IMG/VR virus record: IMGVR_UViG_3300050821_002136
Coordinates: 44,278-108,277 of that record
Direction: 5' to 3' (one strand)
Length of the DNA: 64,000 nt
Source of the DNA: a virus
Shown: in pieces, positions 38,483-48,449 of the stretch
How positions within the stretch are numbered: position 1 is the first letter of the stretch
Layout of the letters: each line of letters starts with the position of its first letter
The notes under the pieces: model-generated
The model's input: only the letters and a program-made list of their open reading frames with translations
What the model was told of the DNA's origin: nothing
Database searches by the model: none
Position numbers and translations under genes: made by a program

Positions 38483-41400
38483 TTACACTATGCCAGCGTT
38501 GCCGCCGCCAGTCGGAGAAATAGAAGACCAAGCGTCTTGCTTTCCCGTGAGCAGTATTTTATGCAGTTCGAACCATGAACCCACCGCATTAGTACTGACT
38601 TCAATGAATGCTCGGTTTCCTTTCACATTAATGCTCCGCATGTAGTCGTCTTGAACTGGGTTGTTCAAGTTGATTCCAATGGGCACAGTATAGGGATACC
38701 GCGCATCCAAGGTGTTGGGGTACATCTTTGTGAGCAATGCCCCATTGCCTTCGGCCGTCAATTGCAGCACTGTGTAGCGCTTTTGGTGCATGCCAAAGAT
38801 CGGCATTGTGACAGACTTGGCTGCGTTCACAAATCCGTACGTAGTGTACAGACTGTAGATTGCAACTCCGTCATCGCTTCTTTGCATAGGATCGAGTTGG
38901 TAGATCTTGGAACTATCTATCCCATTGCAAATGAAAAGAGGGACATCATTCAAGTTCTGCCTTGTAACGAAGCCCATATACGGTGTTGGAATCTGCCAAA
39001 TAGACCACTTCCTACGCATGTCGGGACTGGCTAACGTGCCGAACATCGTGGCGTGTACTTGTATTGCGCTCATCAACTCCTCGAAGGACCCTAGAGCCTC
39101 ATAGTTCAACATTAGGATTACGTTGGGAGTAGTAGGCTTTGGGTTGAACGGTGCGTGGGGCAACCATTGTACTGTCTTAGTAGCTTGACCAGTGACTGGG
39201 TCGGTGCCAGTGGGCAATGGAACAGCGCAGAGAATCCTGCGATTTATGATGTCATTTCTCAGAACGATGGTATTCCCAGCGTCCCAGTTTATGGCATTGT
39301 ATAGCTGTTCGATTTCCAAACTAAAGAGCTTAGGCTGGCCTCCGTCCGTCGCCCAGATGCCATTACGGCAAGCCATGATGGCCCACTCCTCACCTGTGTC
39401 ATAGGAAGCGATGCCTATGGCTCCTACACGATTGCTGACCTCATTTATGGACCAGCCTCCAGGTTCAGAGTTTGGATTGTCCTTAGTTATGTACAGACTG
39501 CTTGTTTTAGTCAAGTAGAGACTGTCTCGTAAAATGAAAGCCCCTGTGCATGTCTGTGCGTTTTGAATGGATGTGTCTAGGATTCCTCCGTCACCAGATG
39601 TGTCAATGGACTCTGGCTTGCCTATGTAGGACCCGTAGACCTGTGCTCTAATAAACGGAAACTTTGTGGGAAATACTTCTATTCTGTCTACTAGAACGTC
39701 TGCGCCTATGCCCATGTTTATCACACGGAGACGCAATACCAATGTAGCTGGCAAAGACTTCAGGTTTGCGAACGGAGCTATCAGTAGGGTTCCGCTGAAC
39801 ACTGAACTAATCGTAGTCATACTAGTCAAGGGGACTGAGAATGATCCGTATGTGTTCCCGAAAATGCCGCCGCTCAAGTCCACAAGGTCAATCACCAGTG
39901 TTCCTAATCTAATGCCCGAAAGGCACGCGCACGCTACACGTACAGAGTAAAGCGTATTAGGCCTGATGATTTGGACTTTATATGGGTCTTGAAAAGCGGT
40001 CTGAGTGATTGTTCCCATGACTGGCTGAATGCTGCCGGTCGTGTTGGAAATGTACAACGCTTGTCCCGTTACAGGGCTAGTAAGCAGTGTAATTTCATTG
40101 TTCGTAGCATGGATTCCCCAACCAAGCGGGAGAATTGTGCCAGTAGGGTTCGGTAGGTACCCACCATCAAAGCTAAGGTTGTTAAAGTTGTCTACCTTAT
40201 TCAACATCATGCCATAGAACATGCGGCTTGAGTACGCAACTGACCAAGCGGGACTTCCTAGCTCTATAAGATTGAACAAGTTTCTTCCTTGAATGTCAAT
40301 CTCTGTAGAATTCAAAAGTACTGCGTCGGTAAAGCTAAAAGCTGCTGTAGTGTCTATGTTGTTTCTGATGATGGTAGACGTGTATGTGGTAGTTACCGTT
40401 CCAATCGTAATGACGACGGGATTCTCTATCACATAAAAGTTCGCTCCAGGCACTCCATTTTGTCCTGCCTCAGTAATCGCTATGCCTCGCGCAACTACAT
40501 CAGGTGGGCCTATGGGAATGCTAGAAACGTTAAGCAGGTTTGCGTTCGATGAGACAGTGAACGTGATAGGAGGGGAAGCTGGTGTCCAATTACCGCTCTC
40601 TGTAATGAAGAAAACGATAGCCTGACGAGTGCCTGCTCCGATAGGTACAATGGAGCTGCCTTGGGAGCCTCCAATTATAGCGACGTTCCCACCGCTGCCA
40701 TTTCCGAAAATTACGTTCGTAGTCGTCCCTTGGAATTTTTCCCCAGGATCAAACGTAAACTCCGTTCCAAACTCTGTAGCTTGTCCTTGGGTCTCCACCG
40801 TTTGCCCAGGTAAAATTCCTGGAGGTGCAGCAATGCCCGTAACTGTGAAAAACGAGCCTGAAACTGTAGCAATCACGAACGTGCCATTAAACACTGCATT
40901 ATTCGTGCAGTTAATGATTGTCACAATGTTGCCAACAGTAGGAGGTGTGGTAGTAGTGCCTGCAAAATTCCAGCCGTACGTAGCTGTGTTCGTGGAATAG
41001 TTAAAGCCTGTGCTGGTGATGTTATAAGCTCCACCGTTCAAGGCTTCGACAATCGTCCATGTATTGTTCCACCCTGAAGGTGTCACTCCCGTGATCGTTA
41101 TGGGAGAACCAGCAGTTAAGCCGGGGATAGGTGTGCTAGTTGTCAGTGTGGCTAAAGTTTGTCGGTACTGAGATCCCACAATGCCAACACCAGGATAGTG
41201 CCCAGTAGTGGTAAATGTGAACGTGAAGAATGCTAGGGTCTCTGAGGTACCAGGGTAAAACCCTTGCCCCATACTAGTAACTTGCCAAATTCCGTTGAAA
41301 TTAAATCCGCCTTGCACAGCTCCAGTGATTTCTACAAATACCGCATTGCCTGAGGCCATAGCTGCCGCAAGGTTGGCATCCGTAGGATTGGGGTCTGAGT

Positions 41401-43456
41401 GTACGCTGTAGTACACGGTGACGTTATTTCCAGGAGTTTGGCTTCCCGGTGCAGAGCTTAGCAAAAATCCTAAACCTGCAGGAGTTGGGTGAGTAGACGA
41501 ATACGGAGGAAATTGCGTTATAGATACGATCCCATAGCTGAAGGAAGGAGTAGCTGTTCCTGTTATGGGTGTGCTGACCACGTCTGGGTGTTGGAATGCT
41601 GCTTCGAATTGCGTAGGGGTCAAACCAGAACTCAACACGATAACCGCTTGTCCGTTCAAATACGCTATGCTCGGAATGTTGAGTACATAAACAGCGTCTG
41701 CGGAAGGTTGAGGGCCTGTGTATTGGAAGGTGATCACGTTGCTGGTGATAGCAAAGCTAGTCAGCTGTATGATTCCTCCTACCGAGCCTATTGCAGCTTG
41801 GAAGGCCGGAGGTGCTCCAGGACCTACTTGGGTTACAGGGTAGAAGTTTCCATCTGTGTCCAAAAGCCTGGGGCGATCTGTGCCGATAGTCAAATCAGAG
41901 AACATCAAGAATTCCTTGTTGTTCATTGTTTCACCGTGGGCAAAGGTGTCAGGAAGAAGTCCCGTCAACGCTAAAGACAACACCCCAGGAGTATTGGTTA
42001 CGTCTTCTTTCCACAAGTTTCCGTTTTCATCCAAAGCCAGGGTCTGAAGGAACAGATTATTCTGCTCATAGCTTCCTATGTAGTTGAAGTTTGCCAAGGC
42101 TGGAGTGATATACGTAATCACATCTAGGTCACCAATGAAAGTTGTACCTGTACCTAGAGCTTCTATTTGCACCCCAAACAACGTGCTGTTGACGTTGGCC
42201 GCAGACCACAGACTTCCCCAGAGATCCATAGGACCACCGAGAGAATACACAGTTCCAGGGGTAGTAGTAAGTTGCACTATTTTAGGAGTGCCTACTGGGA
42301 CTCCTGCCTGAAGGAGCTGTAGTGATGCCGAGGTAGTTGTGCTGGAATACGCTAAGAAGCTGACCCCAAAGCCTGAGATTCCCGAAGTCAATGCTAAGGA
42401 AAATGAGAAAGCTTGGTCAAGCAATACTCCGCTTGTGGTAGAAGTAGCGTAGTATACAGTGACCACCAACGAATTGGCTGAAAATGTACCATTGGCACCT
42501 GAGCCAACAGCTCCCGCAGTTACTGTTACTCCAAAATTTGGTCCGTTCACTAATGCGGGAGTTAAGACAGTTCCCCATTGGTACGTGGAACTTCCCTTAA
42601 TGTACGTGGTCATAGTGCTGGTGACTGGAAAGGACAACGTCGTGCTTATAGGAGACCCGCTACTCGTTAGTCCTAAGATCACATTGCCAGTGCCTGAGCC
42701 AGAATACTGGGCTGCTAAGGAAATAGAGATGCCCTTTACTATGACATTCGAAGGAATGTTGAGGTTAATAGCGCTGGTCTGAATATTGTCGGGATGAGGA
42801 GCATTAAAGAACGAACTTGAAAAAACCGTAGCTACTGATGCTCCCGTTGCTGTGATGTTCCCAGGAGTAGTCCAAGGAGTTCCTGTTCCAGAATTAACAG
42901 CAGATCCAGGTATTACTGAGACAACACTAGGTACTCCCGTAGCTACTGAGGCATACCCCGTGCTGCTGAAGATGTTGTTGGGAGAATTCCAAGACGGACC
43001 TGTGGCAAGGCTTCCTATGTTTGGTCCTACAAAGATTCCAGAGAGGGACACGGCATTTCCAAAGATCCCTGAGACGATTGTTATGTCTGAGCCTATGACA
43101 TTGGCCGTGAATGTCGTCGGAGTAACACTCAGTACAAACACTGTTTGTCCGTTCAGGAAGCTGAGGCCGTCTGTAAACCCACTGAGTATAAATTCCTCAT
43201 TAACCGTGGGAGTGATCCCAGTGTAAGTAAACACTGCTAGTCCGTAATGCAAAGAAAAGCCTGTGATGATCAGGGTAGAGGTAAAGGAGTACACACTTGT
43301 TAAACCGGGTCTCGTAAAAACTGCTCCTACGGCATAGTCTACGTCCCAATTCCGTGGACTCGCACCTTCTGGTAAGTCCTTAGGGTCTGCAAACGTAATA
43401 AGCCCACCCATGTTGGATAGGTCTGCGCTGCCCAAAGCTTGTAGATTGTGACCCAA
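38483..43456 (-). CDS. Tail tubular protein B / nozzle, greatly expanded with inserted beta domains
   Basis: N-terminal GGL....DPKDLP..AS...N....G....RPG; C-terminal propeller with G.I.......; 1657 aa. Confidence 0.75.
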   Translation of the reverse strand: MGHNLQALGSADLSNMGGLITFADPKDLPEGASPRNWDVDYAVGAVFTRPGLTSVYSFTSTLIITGFSLHYGLAVFTYTGITPTVNEEFILSGFTDGLSFLNGQTVFVLSVTPTTFTANVIGSDITIVSGIFGNAVSLSGIFVGPNIGSLATGPSWNSPNNIFSSTGYASVATGVPSVVSVIPGSAVNSGTGTPWTTPGNITATGASVATVFSSSFFNAPHPDNIQTSAINLNIPSNVIVKGISISLAAQYSGSGTGNVILGLTSSGSPISTTLSFPVTSTMTTYIKGSSTYQWGTVLTPALVNGPNFGVTVTAGAVGSGANGTFSANSLVVTVYYATSTTSGVLLDQAFSFSLALTSGISGFGVSFLAYSSTTTSASLQLLQAGVPVGTPKIVQLTTTPGTVYSLGGPMDLWGSLWSAANVNSTLFGVQIEALGTGTTFIGDLDVITYITPALANFNYIGSYEQNNLFLQTLALDENGNLWKEDVTNTPGVLSLALTGLLPDTFAHGETMNNKEFLMFSDLTIGTDRPRLLDTDGNFYPVTQVGPGAPPAFQAAIGSVGGIIQLTSFAITSNVITFQYTGPQPSADAVYVLNIPSIAYLNGQAVIVLSSGLTPTQFEAAFQHPDVVSTPITGTATPSFSYGIVSITQFPPYSSTHPTPAGLGFLLSSAPGSQTPGNNVTVYYSVHSDPNPTDANLAAAMASGNAVFVEITGAVQGGFNFNGIWQVTSMGQGFYPGTSETLAFFTFTFTTTGHYPGVGIVGSQYRQTLATLTTSTPIPGLTAGSPITITGVTPSGWNNTWTIVEALNGGAYNITSTGFNYSTNTATYGWNFAGTTTTPPTVGNIVTIINCTNNAVFNGTFVIATVSGSFFTVTGIAAPPGILPGQTVETQGQATEFGTEFTFDPGEKFQGTTTNVIFGNGSGGNVAIIGGSQGSSIVPIGAGTRQAIVFFITESGNWTPASPPITFTVSSNANLLNVSSIPIGPPDVVARGIAITEAGQNGVPGANFYVIENPVVITIGTVTTTYTSTIIRNNIDTTAAFSFTDAVLLNSTEIDIQGRNLFNLIELGSPAWSVAYSSRMFYGMMLNKVDNFNNLSFDGGYLPNPTGTILPLGWGIHATNNEITLLTSPVTGQALYISNTTGSIQPVMGTITQTAFQDPYKVQIIRPNTLYSVRVACACLSGIRLGTLVIDLVDLSGGIFGNTYGSFSVPLTSMTTISSVFSGTLLIAPFANLKSLPATLVLRLRVINMGIGADVLVDRIEVFPTKFPFIRAQVYGSYIGKPESIDTSGDGGILDTSIQNAQTCTGAFILRDSLYLTKTSSLYITKDNPNSEPGGWSINEVSNRVGAIGIASYDTGEEWAIMACRNGIWATDGGQPKLFSLEIEQLYNAINWDAGNTIVLRNDIINRRILCAVPLPTGTDPVTGQATKTVQWLPHAPFNPKPTTPNVILMLNYEALGSFEELMSAIQVHATMFGTLASPDMRRKWSIWQIPTPYMGFVTRQNLNDVPLFICNGIDSSKIYQLDPMQRSDDGVAIYSLYTTYGFVNAAKSVTMPIFGMHQKRYTVLQLTAEGNGALLTKMYPNTLDARYPYTVPIGINLNNPVQDDYMRSINVKGNRAFIEVSTNAVGSWFELHKILLTGKQDAWSSISPTGGGNAGIV

Positions 43457-43484
43457 AGTTGTACCCTCTCATTCTTCTTAGCTT

Positions 43485-43865
43485 TTACCCGTGTGAATCT
43501 ACGCTGCCCGAGCTGACTACTATTGATGTGCCTGAGAAATCCGTGAGCACCGTTAGTTGTCCTGTGATGCCCCACGGGCCGTTAACAATTCCAGTAACGA
43601 CGCCATCAATCACGGCTTCGTCCACTGCTTGGTAGGCTTTGCCTGCGTCTGTAGTACGGCCGTAGTACGGTGGGATAGGTTGATGGTCCCTGGTACGAAG
43701 GTCTCCAGACTGCACAGTGACAACGTCTCCCAAAGGTGTAGTGAAGGTTACTGTTTCCTTCACGCTAGGAGATGTACCGGAGATTGATGTGCACGATCCG
43801 TGCACAGTAACTTGGTCATACAACTGTACTAGACCGCCGTTCATATTTACTGCTGCGTTGCTCAT
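43485..43865 (-). CDS. Small beta (SH3-like) virion-module protein
   Basis: Internal duplication; resembles 48174-48440 and 58172-58432. Confidence 0.65.
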   Translation of the reverse strand: MSNAAVNMNGGLVQLYDQVTVHGSCTSISGTSPSVKETVTFTTPLGDVVTVQSGDLRTRDHQPIPPYYGRTTDAGKAYQAVDEAVIDGVVTGIVNGPWGITGQLTVLTDFSGTSIVVSSGSVDSHG

Positions 43866-43887
43866 TGTTTTCTCCTAGGTGTCCGTG

Positions 43888-45864
43888 TTATTTCTCGTAG
43901 CCACCAAAATTAGCGACCCACTGCGTAGACGTAACAGCATCAGGGGTGCATACCACTCTGATTACGGTCCCTGCTGCGATTGGAATAGGCTCGGGGAACG
44001 TGATCGTGTCGTGCTCAACCTGCGGTCCCACGTAGTTCATGGTTATGAGCTTGGTTCCAGCAGGTGACTCAAGGCTTACGAAGCCAATATTTATTGGGTT
44101 AGTTGCAGTGCCTCCTGTTGGTGCGGCCGTCAGCCGAGGCGTGATGTTCAGGTACTCAACGTAAAACGTCTTCGCTGCGGTTACCGTGTAGGTCAATACT
44201 ACCTGATCCGCAGTGACGGCAGTCGAAGTCAGAGTGCTTGTCTTCATGACGTTCGTCTTGCCTGTGGATTGACCCAGGGAGACTGATCCTATGGTCGAGG
44301 AAGACGCTGCGGCTGCTGGGTCATTGATTACGTGCCCGATGACGTTGGTACCTGCAGGCAGAGCATTTGTGATTGCTGTGACCGCAGTTAATGTTCCGCT
44401 GTCCACTACTGTGTGGAGATTCGTGCCTGTTGGTTGTACGACTGTGACGTTGCCTGTGATCGTCGTTGAAGCAAGCGACACAACCCATGGTGACGTTCCT
44501 TGATTGACAGTGCCTATAACCTTCGTAGTCTCAGCTGACAATGTAGCATTAGTGACTGAGGTAGCATCGGTGATGACATGGCCAATGACTGCGGCCGAGG
44601 CGTCGTTTATGACATGTTGAGGAGCAGTGAAGCTGATTGCTCCGCTAATGGGCTGGGTAACTCCTGATCCGTCCACTCTCAATGCACCCGCGAGGGTAAG
44701 TGAAAAAGGAGAAGTCTGAGCAGTCGTGTATGCAGGAGCGGCCGTAGTGACCGCACCCATTACCAGCCCTCCCTTTTCACCAGACGTGGTAGAACCTTGT
44801 GCAACCTGTAACGAGGATACAGTGGCATCCAAAGCTAGGCCGTTTGTGGTTCCTATGTTCGCTGTGACTGTGCCTGAGACAACCCAAGGTGAAGTGGACT
44901 GAGTGACAGCCACTGTTCCCGTAATGGTCGTTGAAGACAATGAAACAACCCAAGGGGAAGTTCCCTGATTAGCAGTGACAGTGCCACTGACAGGCTGAAC
45001 GGCCTGGAAAAAAGTACCAGTGACAGCTACCGAACCAGTGACAACAGTTGTTGAGCCGGAATCGGTTATAACATGTCCAATTACGTTGCTTCCTGCGTTA
45101 AGGCCGACGTTCCATGTGCCACTCTGGGCTGCGGAGACTGCTCCTACTATGACCCAAGGAGAAGTTGATTGGGTGACTGCCACAGTGCCTGTGATAGTTG
45201 TAGATGCTAGCGTGACAGGTACAGTATTGGTTATGAATGCGTTGACACCGATGACTGTAACTGCACCTGGGGAAGTTCCGTAATTCGACGGAGACCCGAG
45301 GGTCACCCCAGCCCATTCCGTGATGTCATTAGACGCAACTACCGATCCCACATTGACACGCAATGCGCCTGTCAAGTCTGTAGACAGGAAAACCTGATTA
45401 CCTTCGATGAGAGTTGGGGCTACTGCTGATGCGACAGCAGGAAGCACACCTATGTTGTTTCCAAGCGGTGCTGCACTGTTTGTGAACAGACTTCCCGTAA
45501 CAGGAACGGTTCCGCTAGCTTCAGGGAATACGATACGAACAGGTTGCGCTAATTGCAGAGGAGAAGTAGAGACCGCATCTCCGCTGTCATATACCAAGAC
45601 TAGGTCAAACCTCTGTGGTATTCCTGGTTCTGGTGGGTTGTCAAATGTTATGGTGACATTTCCATTAGCATCAACTGTTGCCGTAATGATAGCACCTAGG
45701 GTGTTAGCTATAAAAGCCGACGAAGGAATGACGCCTAGAGGCAAAAATGGAATAGAACCGCTGTCTCCTATTTGGTACACGCTGGAAAGGGAAAGAACAA
45801 AGACGGTAGAAGATCCATCACCCTGCAAGTTGATAACAATAGGAACTAATTGTTGTAGAGCCAT
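43888..45864 (-). CDS. Thr/Val/Ser-rich repeat fibre protein
   Basis: Repeats STTITG.V.V.Q, Q(G/S)TSPWV, VIGHVI.D. Confidence 0.75.
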   Translation of the reverse strand: MALQQLVPIVINLQGDGSSTVFVLSLSSVYQIGDSGSIPFLPLGVIPSSAFIANTLGAIITATVDANGNVTITFDNPPEPGIPQRFDLVLVYDSGDAVSTSPLQLAQPVRIVFPEASGTVPVTGSLFTNSAAPLGNNIGVLPAVASAVAPTLIEGNQVFLSTDLTGALRVNVGSVVASNDITEWAGVTLGSPSNYGTSPGAVTVIGVNAFITNTVPVTLASTTITGTVAVTQSTSPWVIVGAVSAAQSGTWNVGLNAGSNVIGHVITDSGSTTVVTGSVAVTGTFFQAVQPVSGTVTANQGTSPWVVSLSSTTITGTVAVTQSTSPWVVSGTVTANIGTTNGLALDATVSSLQVAQGSTTSGEKGGLVMGAVTTAAPAYTTAQTSPFSLTLAGALRVDGSGVTQPISGAISFTAPQHVINDASAAVIGHVITDATSVTNATLSAETTKVIGTVNQGTSPWVVSLASTTITGNVTVVQPTGTNLHTVVDSGTLTAVTAITNALPAGTNVIGHVINDPAAAASSSTIGSVSLGQSTGKTNVMKTSTLTSTAVTADQVVLTYTVTAAKTFYVEYLNITPRLTAAPTGGTATNPINIGFVSLESPAGTKLITMNYVGPQVEHDTITFPEPIPIAAGTVIRVVCTPDAVTSTQWVANFGGYEK

Positions 45865-45865
45865 T

Positions 45866-48106
45866 TTATCTGACCTCCGACCAAGAGAGAACACCGAGAG
45901 ATGGGGCCGTACCACCTACACCAGTGACACACAAAGTCCACGTATCTTCGGCCGCGTTACCAGCAAAGTTCAATGTGAACGCTTTTTCCGGTGCAATATT
46001 AATACCTCCTGTACCAGATTTAGAGGAACCTGCCCCGCCGCCAGCGTATCCCGAGGCTATGACTATGCCTCCTGTGCACCCCGTAGCTGCTATATCAAAG
46101 TTTACTCCAGAGTTGGCATCCACTGAATTGAACGAGGGTGATCCTGTAAGGGTGCCGTTATAAACAAGCTCCCAATACACAGGATTAGCCCCTGTGACGA
46201 AAACTTCTGTGGTCTCCAACTGGATAAAGGTGCGATTAGTGATGGAATTGAAAGTGACCTTAGGTTGAAGAGAAACCAGAGGCGTGCGCGTCCCCGAAGC
46301 AGCCGTTATAGAAGTACCCTTGTTTCCTGTAGTAAATTTGTACGGAAAGGGAAATTCCACGCTACCTTCTGACATGATAGACATGCAGATTTGCTTCATT
46401 GTTGTAGTGGTAGCAGCGATGCCTGTGTTGGTAATTTCCGCACGACATGGTAGATTGGCAGTGTTCGTGTAGGGAGAAGTAGAATTGTTGGAGTTCACTA
46501 TTTCGTGCACAACAACAAGAGAGTCATCCACGAACAGAGACCAACGTACTCTTCCTACTCCGAGCCACTGCATATCCATGGCGAAAATCTGGGTCTTTGA
46601 CCAGTCGATGGTGATGCCGGAAGGACCCGTGCCATTCATGGGGTCTTTATTCCAGTTTGCTTGCAATATGGAAGTTGTGACGGGACTGCCAGAGGCTGAA
46701 GAGCGTTGATTTACGCTCACCCCAAGCGTACCATCCATCTCGAAGTAGACACCATCGTTAGCATCAAAGTAGCCAATACGACTGCGGACATTCGTCTTCT
46801 GCGCTCCCAAAAACCCTGTCATGATGATGAGTGCCGATTTGCCAGGACAATATCTGAAGTAGGACTTTGTCTGGTTGATTGCCGACGCACCAGAGGCTGT
46901 TCCTCCCGTAGAAAGAGTAATCGAGGATTCATTAGCCGTTTTAGTGACAGTACCAGTACCAACTAAAGACGTATTGAACAGCAACGGTTGGGTGTCGTAT
47001 TGAAACTGAGCTGCAAATGCCGTGAACGGTTGAGAGGTACGGGCGCGATTAAATGCATCGCTCGCTTCTCCACCGAAACCTACCTGCAGATTTCCAAATG
47101 CATCGGTTGCTATGTCCGTATAGAGGGACGGATTGATGAAACTCTTTCCCGTAAGCACAGCTCGGGTAATGCCAGCGGCATCCGTAGTTGCAACCACGGT
47201 GTCCAAAGACTTCGTTGTCTGAACAGCGGGGAGAGAAGACAGGAGCGTCTGCAAACGGAAAATCCCTTGGTTCCCGGTTCCGTTCGTGTACACAAGGCGG
47301 AAGAATCGGGCATGGACACCAGCCACGACCACCACGGGCAGGCTGGCTAGAAGAATAGCCCTGATAACATAGTCCCAACTTGTGCCGTCAGTGCTGAACT
47401 GAAGTTGCAATCCGTTAGGAGCGCTGCCCTGATCAGAGAATGCCTCAACCGAAATCTTAGTAACGGCAGTGGCAGTCAGGTCTACAGCTGTTCCCGTAAA
47501 AACTGCGTTTGCAGACAAAAGGGATGTCGTAGAATTTGCACTATTAACCACGTCAGCTTGTCCTATGACTGTGGTAGTTCCTCCGACAAGTAGATGGCCA
47601 GTGTTATCTACCGCGATATCATACTGATTGCCGTCCAGACCTTTACCAGATACGAGTACAGGATTAAGACCAGTTGCAGTGTGCCCCTCAGGAAACAGTC
47701 CTTGTACCAAGGGGTCCCCAGGGACATATTCGTTCAACACGGAGTCGTAAATAAGCAGTTCCCCGTTGTGGCCGGGAGGTGCAGCTGCAACAGGTATGCC
47801 TTGTATAGACGTGGCGTTAGAAGACCCACCAGCTGCCACAGTAATATCTACAATTCCTCCAGGCTCAGCAGTTATGGCTATGGAACCGTCGGTAGATACG
47901 AGGCCTGTGTTTGGAGAAAAACTTTGACCGCTTGCTGAGGATGGTATAGGATCAAAGGGCCTACGAAGAGGTTCCTCTTGTTGGTTATTAAGAAACCAGT
48001 AGACATCAGAATACGACAGGCCCAAACGGTTAGCTATATCAATTGGTCCAGAGCCTACCTTGAATGCTGCAAGGATTTCGGCTTGTTGCGTTGGAGTTAA
48101 GGCCAT
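45866..48106 (-). CDS. Virion protein with N-terminal HTH-like segment and C-terminal lectin-like beta domain
   Basis: DAFNRARTSQP; YFRYCPGK; DMQWLGVGRVR; ANLPCRAEI. Confidence 0.7.
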   Translation of the reverse strand: MALTPTQQAEILAAFKVGSGPIDIANRLGLSYSDVYWFLNNQQEEPLRRPFDPIPSSASGQSFSPNTGLVSTDGSIAITAEPGGIVDITVAAGGSSNATSIQGIPVAAAPPGHNGELLIYDSVLNEYVPGDPLVQGLFPEGHTATGLNPVLVSGKGLDGNQYDIAVDNTGHLLVGGTTTVIGQADVVNSANSTTSLLSANAVFTGTAVDLTATAVTKISVEAFSDQGSAPNGLQLQFSTDGTSWDYVIRAILLASLPVVVVAGVHARFFRLVYTNGTGNQGIFRLQTLLSSLPAVQTTKSLDTVVATTDAAGITRAVLTGKSFINPSLYTDIATDAFGNLQVGFGGEASDAFNRARTSQPFTAFAAQFQYDTQPLLFNTSLVGTGTVTKTANESSITLSTGGTASGASAINQTKSYFRYCPGKSALIIMTGFLGAQKTNVRSRIGYFDANDGVYFEMDGTLGVSVNQRSSASGSPVTTSILQANWNKDPMNGTGPSGITIDWSKTQIFAMDMQWLGVGRVRWSLFVDDSLVVVHEIVNSNNSTSPYTNTANLPCRAEITNTGIAATTTTMKQICMSIMSEGSVEFPFPYKFTTGNKGTSITAASGTRTPLVSLQPKVTFNSITNRTFIQLETTEVFVTGANPVYWELVYNGTLTGSPSFNSVDANSGVNFDIAATGCTGGIVIASGYAGGGAGSSKSGTGGINIAPEKAFTLNFAGNAAEDTWTLCVTGVGGTAPSLGVLSWSEVR

Positions 48107-48173
48107 TTGGGGCTCCTTAAAATGTGTGGGCCAATTTCCATGGCCCTTCCTATCGGCAGGATAGGTACTTATC

Positions 48174-48440
48174 TTAGCCTTGCTCTGTACTGCCTGCGGC
48201 CCTGCACTGCACAGGGCTTACTTGGAAGATCGGACCCGGGGAAACCTCCCCAGCATTGCCGTTAACTTCCACTTGGCAGGTTACGAGATCACCTGACCCA
48301 CCAAAGTATGTAGACGCAGTGTTATACCCCGGAGGTGCTGGGGCAATAGCAATGACTTTACATTTCACATTAACAAATGTACCTACGGTAAAGTCCTTGC
48401 TGAAGATGTCTTTCTCAATTGTATTAACTGCTACTGACAT
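48174..48440 (-). CDS. Small beta protein (paralog of 58172-58432)
   Basis: VGTFVNVKCKVIAI vs VGNMVTVRCKIKAI. Confidence 0.65.
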   Translation of the reverse strand: MSVAVNTIEKDIFSKDFTVGTFVNVKCKVIAIAPAPPGYNTASTYFGGSGDLVTCQVEVNGNAGEVSPGPIFQVSPVQCRAAGSTEQG

Positions 48441-48449
48441 GGGTTCTCC

